Assembly: GCA_008632985.1 (NCBI GenBank)
Contig: QPGO01000147.1
Coordinates: 62,001 to 126,000 of the forward strand
DNA from: Psammoneis japonica
Lineage: Eukaryota
Direction of reading: 5' to 3'
DNA: 64,000 nt
The translations under genes were made by a program, and so were the position numbers. Under the pieces are notes generated by a model. The model searched no databases, had not been told where the DNA came from, and saw only the letters and a program-made list of their open reading frames with translations. Below are positions 35,223 through 45,797 of this stretch, piece by piece; within the stretch, counting starts at the first letter, position 1; each line of letters opens with the position of its first letter.

Positions 35223-36167
35223 TCATGTGGGTTTCCTGAATAGCTCAGGTTTGGCCTTGATAACAAGGTGACGGAGGTTGTGGTTCTCGCCAACCCGTTC
35301 CAACACCTTGGCCCAAATACCATCGGGAACGGAATCACGACGCAACAACAGCAAAATGTGCCGCAACAGCTCACGGTCCCTTTCAATCTCAGACACAAGC
35401 TCCTTGTGAATGCCGAGCCATAAACGAGAAGGATCAACCTTCCTATTTTGCTTCACGCCGTCCACTAGGGCTGCCTCCCCGTCATCTCCAAAAGAGTCCC
35501 GCGTCACAATCACACGCCCGATTGTGCCGTTTTGCGCAATCATTTGTCCAAGGGCTCTTGCACCACCGTCTCCAATATTGTTTTTATCAAGTTTAAGGAT
35601 ATCAACGGATGAGTTTTCATGCATGCTCCCGGCCAACGCAATGGCTCCCTTTTGCCCAATGCGACAATTCGACAACCACAAAACTTTCAGTTTGCGATTT
35701 TTCAGCAACATTTTTCCAATGCATTCTGCACCTCGATCTCCGAGTGCATTTCCAGAGAGGGAGATAAGCCTGATTACTGTGCTTTGCTCAAGCACTTCGC
35801 ACAAAGACTTGACACCCTCGGGGCCAATGCCGTTTCGACCCAGACAGAGATTCTCAAGCCGAAAAAGAGAAGGGATGACTTTCGACAAACACTTGACACC
35901 GTCATCCCCAATCTTGTTGCCACTTACATCAAGGGCAGACAGCTTTGGGAGCAACAAAAGGGCTCGAGACAAATGGTCCATTCCCTCTGAATCAATGTTG
36001 CAATTAATCAAATCAAGATGCGTTAATTCGCAAAAGGACGGAAGGACTCGGCACAATAGCTGGACACCTTCGGCATCGATTTCATCAGCATAAATGTGGA
36101 TGTGATAGACCTCACTTGGGTTTGTTTCGGCAAACACCACTTGCAAGCTCTCGCGCAAAGCTCTCAT
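35223..36167 (-). CDS. RI-like leucine-rich repeat protein (NLRC3-type LRRs)
   Basis: 28-aa repeats such as LDVSGNKIGDDGVKCL, LCLGRNGIGPEGVKSL, LSGNALGDRGAECI and LKLDKNNIGDGGARAL. Start at 36167 or upstream at 36320. Confidence 0.85.
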   Translation of the reverse strand: MRALRESLQVVFAETNPSEVYHIHIYADEIDAEGVQLLCRVLPSFCELTHLDLINCNIDSEGMDHLSRALLLLPKLSALDVSGNKIGDDGVKCLSKVIPSLFRLENLCLGRNGIGPEGVKSLCEVLEQSTVIRLISLSGNALGDRGAECIGKMLLKNRKLKVLWLSNCRIGQKGAIALAGSMHENSSVDILKLDKNNIGDGGARALGQMIAQNGTIGRVIVTRDSFGDDGEAALVDGVKQNRKVDPSRLWLGIHKELVSEIERDRELLRHILLLLRRDSVPDGIWAKVLERVGENHNLRHLVIKAKPELFRKPT

Positions 36168-37247
36168 TGCAAATGTGGGAGAGACTTGGCAAATGCAACA
36201 ACAAGCACACTGCAAAAATAAATCGGACTTCGGAGTGCGGCGGCTGTGGCATGGGCTTTTGTTTTGAGGCTGTCGTGAATTTAGCCAGTGGCTAAAAACC
36301 TCCTGTAGAATTCTACGCATTTCTCCTAGTATGCGATTAATTTAATGATAACGTCTTTTTTAAAAAACGCTACCCCATTGTTTTCTTTTATATACATATT
36401 AATATTTAAAGTTTTTTTTATGTATTTTTATACAGAGCATTATGGTTCAAAAATTCAAATTCAACGGATACTAGACCTTCATCGACGAATTTAACATAGC
36501 ATGGAGCGAAGTGACGTCACCTCGCGAACACCGTTGGCTGTGTTGGACGACACCAACAATGGCGACAATGGCGGTTCCAAATCGACGCCCACGAAACCCC
36601 CTGCCAAAAGAGCAAGAGTGGAGACTCGAGACCTTACCCTTCTTACGAGTGAGCAAGTACAAGCAAAGAGATTGAGCGAGAAGACTTGCTGCAATTGCAC
36701 CTTGGGGTCAACTTGCCAAACACGTGGTTGCTCATGCTGCAAACATGACCGACAGTGTGCCAACTGTGTTTGCGTCCACAAATGTAAGAACAAGGAAGGA
36801 CTCCCAACTTGTGGTATAAGTAACAGGAATTCGGACAAGAAGACACGGAAACTTCTAACCTCCCCAGAAACCAGTCCACTTCAACCGAAAATTTGTCAAC
36901 TCATCAACGACACCCCTGATGATGCCGACAAACAAAACAAAAACAAGGCCAACCCCGAAGCCAACAAAGAAAACATCGCACCCAATAATCAGAGGACGGA
37001 CACTGACGAGGGTAGAAATGATGAGGAGGTCACTGCCGCCACAAGGGACAGTGAGCGGTCGGAGGACAGATCGGGCTCGGAGGGAGCTGTCATTCCGTCA
37101 ATTGACGACACCAGCAACACACCCAACGACTTCAATTCAGACGCAGAACGGATCATCTGCGAGACACACGGTGAGACATGTCACCTAAGTGCTGGCACTG
37201 AGCTGGATGGTGGGACACTGGACGACAAAACGTGGCACAAGAGCATT

Positions 37248-37629
37248 GGCGCCGGCCGACGCGTTCCAGCCCTGGGTGGGAGCTCGCAGCACTGACGTGT
37301 GACACAAATAATTTTTATCATCCGTCGCATGTTTTGCACGTAGATTTCTACGTGTGACATTTAAAAAGAATTGTCCAGACTTGCTGTTTTGCGAAGCCCC
37401 ACAGACGTTTTGCACAACGAGTTTATAGAAACAACAAACTGGCCAAGTAAAAAATGATGTGCTTCAATCATGGGCGAGTTTGTGCATTCGCAAAATTGCC
37501 TCATTTTCTGTTGGCGATCATTGACATTTTAATTGCTGCACAATTTTGCTGCGGAGCTCGCATGCAGAAGTCTGCGGGCCCAATGTCACACGGATTCCCA
37601 CCTGCGTCTGGAACGCATCGGCCAGTGCC
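37248..37629. mobile_element. About 380-bp MITE with ~35-bp imperfect TIRs inserted in the CRE ORF
   Basis: Left end ggcgccggccgacgcgttccagccctgggtggga; right end reverse-complemented ggcactggccgatgcgttccagacgcaggtggga. AT-rich non-coding interior. It separates DDKTWHKSI from CPSQRCNAP. TSD not resolved. Confidence 0.72.
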
Positions 37630-37836
37630 CTGTCCATCGCAACGATGCAACGCACCAAATGGCTCGGTTGGCAAACGATTCATTGCAACGTTGGCAGAAC
37701 TGCTGGATGGAGTCACGAGGCGGAAGTGGAACTCGGAAAGATTCATGGCACATCAGACGGTTGTTTCACAGTGAGACCGCAACGTAAAAGGAGCCAAAGA
37801 TGTCAGAACTTTGCTCAGCACGCGCATGGACGATTG

Positions 37837-40800
37837 AAAAACAAAACAAAACCAAACTTCTACATTTTAAGTGCTGCTGCGCTTCCACCCCGCAACTCCG
37901 GCAACAAGCTAACCCACACTCCCAGCACACAATTAGTGCGGCAGGAGCAAATGGCAATCAGCCGAGATCGGCATCACCCGAGACTGGTTTGAACATTGCC
38001 AGCCAGCTGCGAATCCGATGAGTTGAATGCATCAAATGATCTTCCACCGAATCCAATGAGAGCGCCTTGTCTCTCGCAAGGTGATCATCCGTACGAGAAC
38101 AAATCGCTTTAACCTCTGCTTCCACGTCTCTCCTTTGAGAGGACTTTCTAGTTTCCGAATCGTGTCCGTGTGCAGCGTCATTGTGAGCATCCCACAGGTC
38201 CCACCACTGCTCCCATACAAAGTTCCCAACAGTTGCCGCCCAATCCAAACGTTTCTGTTGGTCCGAAAGGGTCCGACAAATGCCGCTCGACGTAAGACAG
38301 GAGGTTTGTGTCGCATTCCATTGGACCGAAAAATGACCACTAAACAACTGACGCCAACCCATTTCTCCTTGGGAATGGAAAACGGGGACGACGCTGTGAT
38401 GAAATTGCTCAGAGTAAAGAAGCTCGTCTCGAAACCATGCTTCAACAGCCGAAATGATCAAGTCTCGTAAGGAGGGAGACGTGTGAATGTCGTCGCACTT
38501 CTTGCGCAGGCCTTGTAAAAATTTTCTGCGCCAGGCCTCATTGTGAGGACAACGGAGAATGTGGTCTCTGTCTTCCATGGGGTCCTGACAGTGCACACAA
38601 CAGTCCGGACGTGTTGGATTGCATCTGTGCACGATTTTGTTAGTGGGCAGAAGATCTTGAACCAGCTTGACAGTGCTGACTTTTCGACGAACATTCCGTG
38701 ACATCAGTTTCGCGTGAACGTCCCAATCGATCGATGCGCAGACTTCGTCGGACCAACCACATTTCTCTTTCATGCAGTCGACCAGCGCGGGACTCGATGC
38801 CTGATGTCGCAGGACCGGCTTGTATTTGGACGAGACGGTGGCTCCTTGGAGGATCAGATTTGCTCGACAGTGAGGCACACGGGGGGCTTCAAGAGTGTCG
38901 CCAGAAAATTGGCCTTGGAACTGTCCTGCCAATCTGTCAGCCCGCATGTTCAACTTCGCCGCCAAGGATGAAGACTCCACAGGAAGAGCATCATCTTGGT
39001 GACCTTTCACCCAATGAATCTCATGACAGGACACTGCAGTTCGTCAGTGCTGACCTCGGATGCTTGTCGCAGGGAGTGAAAAATTTCATTGACAATGTCC
39101 CAGTCTGGTGAGAGGGTGTCAGCAATGTGATGCCGCCATTGAAAGTCATCGGCTCCTTGAGCATCCTCTGCTTCGGGAGGAGAAGGAATCACCTGGAAAT
39201 TCGAGATGTTGCGAATGAGTGAAGAATTGTCGCAATGCAAGTCAGCGCCTCTTAAAGATGAAGAACAATGTTCTGTCAATCGGATCAGGAAACGGAGAAA
39301 GGACAGCATGCCGCATGCTTCAGCTCGGCAAGAAGATGGGCGAAAACCGAAAACCGGACCTGCGCAATCCACAAGAGGTGTCCCATCGATTGTGATCGTC
39401 CAACCAAAGGCACCTCGAAATTGAAGGACCGAGCCGTCGCCACCCGCTGACGCTTGGTGGGTCGCAAAGATGTCGGCGATTTCGAATGTTGACCGGTGCA
39501 GTGTGATTTCCTCAAACAGGGACGATTCCCAACAAGATAGAGACCACAGCACAGAGAGAAAATCATCAGGGACGGGAGGCAAAGTTGGCAAGAAGACTGG
39601 AGCACCAGAAGACCGAATTCGCCAATGACCGTTTCTGATGGCATCCACAAGCACCGGGGATGCCGCAGGGGAAAGATCTGGGACAGTTTCCAAGGCCGCA
39701 ATCGAGTCAGCATGACCGTGTTTCACCGGAAACATTTGAAATCCAGCATCCGAACGGATGCACAAGTGATCTTCGGAGGGTTCGTGGCATGCCACGTGTG
39801 ACATTCGCATTTCCGTGGCTGGTGTGAGCCATTGACCCAGGGGATCTCGGAGATCAAAAGAATCGTCCTTGCAAAATAAGGAACAAGCTCTTCGCCACTG
39901 TTTCCAAGCTCGAGCAGACGGGCGTTGTTGTTCAACGGGGTTCAGAGCACTGCGGCTGCTAAAAAGGGACAATCGGCCGTCGACTTTAAAGGAGTCAAGC
40001 GAGAGGCCATCTGGAAGAGCAACATCCGACAGTGTCAGTGCGTCAAGATGTGACCGACAGCAGTTGACCCACCTGATCTCCCAATCACTGAAGGTGCCCG
40101 ATTCAAGTGCAACGTCCACAACATGTTGGTTGTTGTCTCGCTGTGGCGGGAGGACGCCAGGCTCGTCACAGTCAATGGAAGCATCAATCCTTGCCAAGAA
40201 AGATCGGAGAGACACAAACCAGCATGATTCCGAATGAGGCAACTTGGCAGGAACGTCTTTTAGAAAACCAACTCCCGCTCCAATCTGCAACTGAATCCAT
40301 GACACTGCAATGCAAGACAGAGCTTGAGGTTGTCCTGTCCCGCGCCAGTGACGAAGAAACTGCAGAACTTGAGCAACTCCTTGTTTGACGTCTAAGGACC
40401 TGAAACCGCCACCTCCCAGGGAACATGGTCCAAATGGAACATCTCGTTTCGAATTTCGACCACATCCGCATTTGGCAAAAATCACACGCATGGCCTTTCT
40501 TTGTGCCTCTGACAACTCTTTCTCCTTGAAATGGGCATTTGGGAGAACGCAGGTGGTCGAGGACAGGCAGCAGGCAAAACAATGGGTCCAAGCCTCGTGT
40601 CTGTCAAGGGGGCAAGAACAAAGAAACAAGGCAGTGCCATCGCTCTTCTGTTTGAGGGCCGTGTGTTGAGTCTTTTGCGCACCGCGGAGCTTTGTGATGA
40701 CCAAGTGTCTTGTGAGCAGAACAAGCAGACAGTTGTTTGCTAGACCGTGTCGCAGTTCGGTCAGCAGAAGAGATTTCAACATCGATCTCCTCATTGCATG

Positions 40801-43800
40801 GTCGCAGGTGTGGTTCCCCGTCATCTGTGAACATCCACTTGATTGCGTGGAAGGAGCACTTGGGCAGTTCTAACTCGTGTCCAGCTGCATTCAAAAGGTC
40901 ACACCACAGCTGATTGTCCTCCTGCATCTTTGGAGCCAATTCCAGAATGCAAGGTTGAGGAGACGCACAAAAGGCATTCACCTGTTTGGATGCATCATCC
41001 ATGTGTCCACGATTGAACATCTGCAGAGAAAGAGAGTGGTCAGGGGTCTCGAAACAGGCACCGTGTGCACGTTGATCGAAAATCTGAAACAAACTGTTGC
41101 AGATTTGGTTCCAGTGGAACGGGGAGTTTCCACCACCCTGTCCAGTGCCGTAAATCGGAAAGTCATCGGAATGGGAACAAGAACCTTGAGACAGGCCGAG
41201 CACCGTGCGCAACCAGTGTCGAGCCTTGTGAAGAGTCGAGTTGGCAACCTGGGTGACTTCTTTGGGCATTCTGTTGCCACGGCTTTCAATTGCCACCAAA
41301 GCAGGGATGTTTCTGTCGCAGCACGAAGTGCAATCGTCATCACTGTGAACAGCAGACTTGCGTGCAGCTCTGCTGATCTCCAGCATGAGTTCCTCAAGGT
41401 GCTCGGGAGTGTTGGCATTTAAGAAAGCGCGAGCACCGTAGATCCCAGAATTGCACAGTCGACGTTGCTCCACATTTTGAGCTGGAGCACGCCACTTGAC
41501 GCTCGAGATCAATTGAAAGTCGGCTTCGCATGTGTGGACAACTCGAAGACGATGAATCTTGTTGTTGCCCGGATCTTTGAAAATCATGACATTTACGATG
41601 TCTTGCCAATGGTGAAACGAACACCCCCAGCGGAGAGCGCAATTTAGCAAATTCAACCTGATTTGAATGAGGGTGTGTTGAACTTCATCGAGGGCCTCAC
41701 GATCAACAGTGGGATTGCCTTCTGAATCCGCAGCCTCAGAAAATCGATGAGGAGCATGCATTGCCTTCCAATGACCGAGATGGAGTCCAGAATGTGTGGA
41801 CGCAGTGGCAGTTTCTGTCCAACGTTTTATTTTCCCTTCGAGGTCTGAGGCAGAAAGGAGGTTTGGCACTGACACTGGTGACCGTTGTCGTAAGTGTTTG
41901 ATGAAAAGAGCTGTTGCTTCATTCAAAGCAGACGTGTCATGCTTGCCATTGAGAATGAGATCCGCCACAATCGTGTCACCTTCACAACCAAGGTCCACCG
42001 ACAGTGGAGGGACTGTTGGGGGTGTGCCGTGTGCTTGACCAAAGTGTTTCTGACTCCGTTGACGGAGAGCAGTTGCTGCGTCTTCCGGAGCATCGACAGT
42101 GACCCAGTCTTGACATTCTTTCGGAGGAATGGAGGGATTGCGAGGAACTTGTACACTCTGTGTGCCAGTGTCCTTCTGGGCACGACAAGAATCTATCTTC
42201 TTGAACAATTTCTTCATTTCTTCTGCCTTGCGGATGTTGCGCAATGCAGTGGCCTGCTTGCGGGAAGCCTTGGTGTTTTCTAAATCGAGTGCTGCTGTCT
42301 TTTCTGACATCTCCCGTTCACGGTGGACCACGCTGTCGGCAGCTGAGTGCTTGCAGTCTTCCTGAGCAGCACGCAACTCTTGTTGACACTCTTGCAAAGT
42401 CTCCGGAACAGAAAAGGATCCACTGAGTTTATCCCGAATCGACCGAATCTGTGAGATGTGGTCTAATTTTGTCCGCATCATTGACACGAGGCATGAAAAG
42501 ACATGCACCCTGTGTCTCAAATCTGCCAGTTCTACCAACCAGTCTGGTTTGCGGTGAGAGCGGCATTTCTTGGCGGCAGCGAGGGAGAACTGGGTAAGAT
42601 CACGGTCTGGGCGTTCTGCCAATGCATGATTTGGAGTTTCGAGGTCAATTGACTGACGCGACCTCTCCAATGCTGAGTGGCTCTGAATCACAGGGCTGAT
42701 GGCTTGAAGACAAGTGGTGATCTGAGGTTTGGATGTTGCCTGAAGATCCCGGAAAGATGCCTTGGGTAGATCGATGGTGGGATTGCCAAAAAGGGCCACC
42801 GTGTCAAAATCCACAAAGCAAGCACGATGATCAGACGCAAATCTATAACCAAAAGCTTCGCATCCACCGAACCGTGCCGCAGCGAGAGCACCAGGTGAGG
42901 CGAGTGCATGGTCGAGGCGCTTAGAACCCCTCGTGTGTGCAGTGAAGTCGTTGTCGCCCACAATGTCAAACAGAACGTCGGACAAATCAAAACGTTGTGC
43001 AACAGCAGCCAAAGAGTCTGTGTCGAAGTTGAAATCAGTGTTAAAATCGCCAAAGATGATCACCTCCCCATTCGGCTCTGCCATGAAGTCCTGCAAAACA
43101 TGGGACAAGTCGGTGCAAAAGGCTTTCCTGGGGTCGAGGATCTGACGGCCTTGTTGTCGGAGAAGAGACATTTGCTGAGCATGAGCTGTTGTTTTCCCCG
43201 GGTGTTGTTGGTTTTTAGCGCAAACTCAATGGCAAGAGACAAACATCACTTGGCGTCCGTTCCTGCCGTCGAAAACTTGAATGGACCACCGACCGAGTGG
43301 GTCTGATTCTTGAGTCCGAAAACGTGCTGATGTCGAATTGCAAGACAACAAAGCCGTGCCACCTGGTTTGCATTGAGTGGTGAAGGTGGCAGAGCTGGTC
43401 GAGAAAGTGGATCACCCGTGGTGCAGAGATTTGGAGACAGTGGAACGGCAAACAGAGAGAACATCAAATTGGGCAGTGTCCAGACACACTTCGGAGATGC
43501 CGATGACGTCGGCTTGGATTTCCGAAGCAATTTGACAGCACTCATTTACATCCCCGCCGCGCTTGTCGAACTTGCAACCATTGGCGTTAAAGGCGCACAG
43601 ACGTGCATGATGCGGAAGCTTGGGTCGAAGTGCATCGCCCATGGGTTCATTGGTCTTGAGGCGAGAAAAATCGATCCGGCGATCAGCAGGAGGATGATGG
43701 CTGCGTCCATCGAGAATTTGCTGCCATGCGAGAGAGGGATCATCAGTCGAAATCGCACTGCTCATGGTTGGGCCGTGCTCCTCTGAAGAGAAGACTGAGG

Positions 43801-45797
43801 CTCAGAGCACTGCATTAACTTGAGGTTCGGTTGAAAGGAGAAAGGCCGACATCTGGAGGTCCGACGAAAAATGGAAGTTAAAGTAAGAGGTGAGTGGAGC
43901 CGAGTGACAATGTCGGGAGGACGCCCAATTTCTTGAGGGGGTGGAGGCGGCGAGATCCAACCCCTGCCTGAAAATCCGATTCCCTGTCTTTGTCATCCCC
44001 AGGGCGCTCGGGAGTTTCCATGTGGTTGGGGCGTTTTCTGGCGGAGCTCTGAGACGGTTGACTTGCTTGAAGGAGTTTAGCTGTTTGGTTCATTTGGTCC
44101 TGCATGGCAGCCAGTTGCTGGGAGCATTGTGACTGAAGTGCGGCCATGTCTTGAGTGTGTTGTTTGTTGAACGTGTCATTCAAAGCTTCCACATCCTTGG
44201 AATGCTGTTGGCGGAGTTCGGCCAGGGCCTGATCGTTCTCATGTTGCATCTGAGACAACGTCTGTTGCACTTCCGCCATCTGAGCTGAAGCAAGAGAGGA
44301 GCTCGACGTAGATTGAGCAGCTTGAGCACAAGACAATTGGGGAGACGGCATGCCAGGGCATCCAGCACAACCAAGTTTCGACAGAGATTGGGAGGAAAGG
44401 GGGGTGAAGATCTGAGGTGGAACCGGAGAACCTCGCGTGGGACCTCGACCGGGGAATCCTCGTCCTGCACATCCGCGACCAGGATGAGATTGCGATGGAG
44501 GGTGATGATGCGCACTGGGAGCATGAGTGTCTGTCAAAGGAGAAACGTCCAAAAAGGTTGGGGATTCGAGACTGCAAATGCTCGCAGAGACGATGGATTT
44601 GCTGGTCTCCGACGGTTCGTCAAAAACGCCTGAGACTTGAGGATGATCTGGGAAGGGAGGAGTCGGGTGAGATTCTTCCGGCAGATCTGGAATGAGATTC
44701 ATGACACACGTGGAAATTGCGGCACGTGCTGTCTTGAAATCCACTCGATTGACGAGAACATTGTGCCTCCCGTCGGCGGAGTTAGAGGCGCAAATGTCCT
44801 GCATGCCTTTCAAGGCCCCAATGTTTTGTTCGAAGTAGAACATCACACCTGGGGAAGCACACAAGAGCGGGACGATGCATGTGTTTTCATTGCGGCGGGC
44901 TTGAGTTTTGACAGCGTTGTAGAAGGCCAAGGGAGAGAGGTGACGGGTCTTGGCCATCACGACATGGGTCGGGAGTTTGTTAGATGCGCGCAACAAGACT
45001 CTCCCGGCATTGCGACACTCATCATTTTGAACCTCAATGGCAAAAGTCGTTGTGCGAATGGGAGTGGCGAGTTTGTCATTGTCTGCTCGGATTGACGCAG
45101 GCACCAGACGAAACTTTGGCATCTTGGTCTTGAATTCACCCAAATCTCCAAGAAACTTTTTGGTGGCGTCGTCGACTGGAGCATGTTTCGCAGCGGCAGC
45201 AATGTGGCAGGCCGGTGTCGCCGTGTCAATCACTGATTCATTCCAGGCGTGTCGTTTCATGCCCACATCACTCAGATCCAAAATGCTTTGAACATGAGGA
45301 TGAGAGCGAATTTCGCGAAGCGGTGACTTTGTAAGAATGCGATGACATGAGCGATGGGTGACCGGGCGTTTTTCACCACTGCGAGCAGTGGAGATGACGA
45401 AGTGACGTTCGTGCTGAAGGGAGGAAATCCAATCAGCCACATTGATTTGCGTGATTCAGTTGTTGTGGTCATCAAGGATTTGCACGTCTTTATGATGCGT
45501 GAAAAGAATCTGCTGTAAGACTTGTAAATGGGCAGTGACAAGAGTCATCGGCTTGCATGTCGCTGCAGGGCCATGAATTTCGAAGCGAAGAGTGATCTCT
45601 TCGAACTGACGCTCTTTCGGTTTAGAAGACGACTTAAGAGAAGTCTGATCAACGGTGGTGTCATCTGCCATGGTGGCGTTGTGGATGGGAGGAGGGGCAT
45701 GGCTGCCGTCAACGACGGAAGGAGACGCCATGGTGATCGGCTGTTCTACGGGGAGCCTGGTGCTGAAAACACGCAGGTGTGTTCAGTGCCAGCAATC
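37837..45797 (-). mobile_element. Apparently full-length Ambal-like LINE (ORF1; ORF2 = APE endonuclease, RT, RNase H), inactivated, flanked by 9-bp TSD GGACGATTG
   Basis: Identical GGACGATTG at 37828-37836 and 45798-45806. ORF1 at 45731-43878. APE motifs (FNANG, IQADVIGISE, FGDFN, RLDH, SDHRA). RT (GTGQGGGNSP, GHMDD). RNase H (GDGSV...FGW, RAEACG, CDN, WVKGHQD, NMRADRLA). T-rich 3' tail. Confidence 0.88.
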
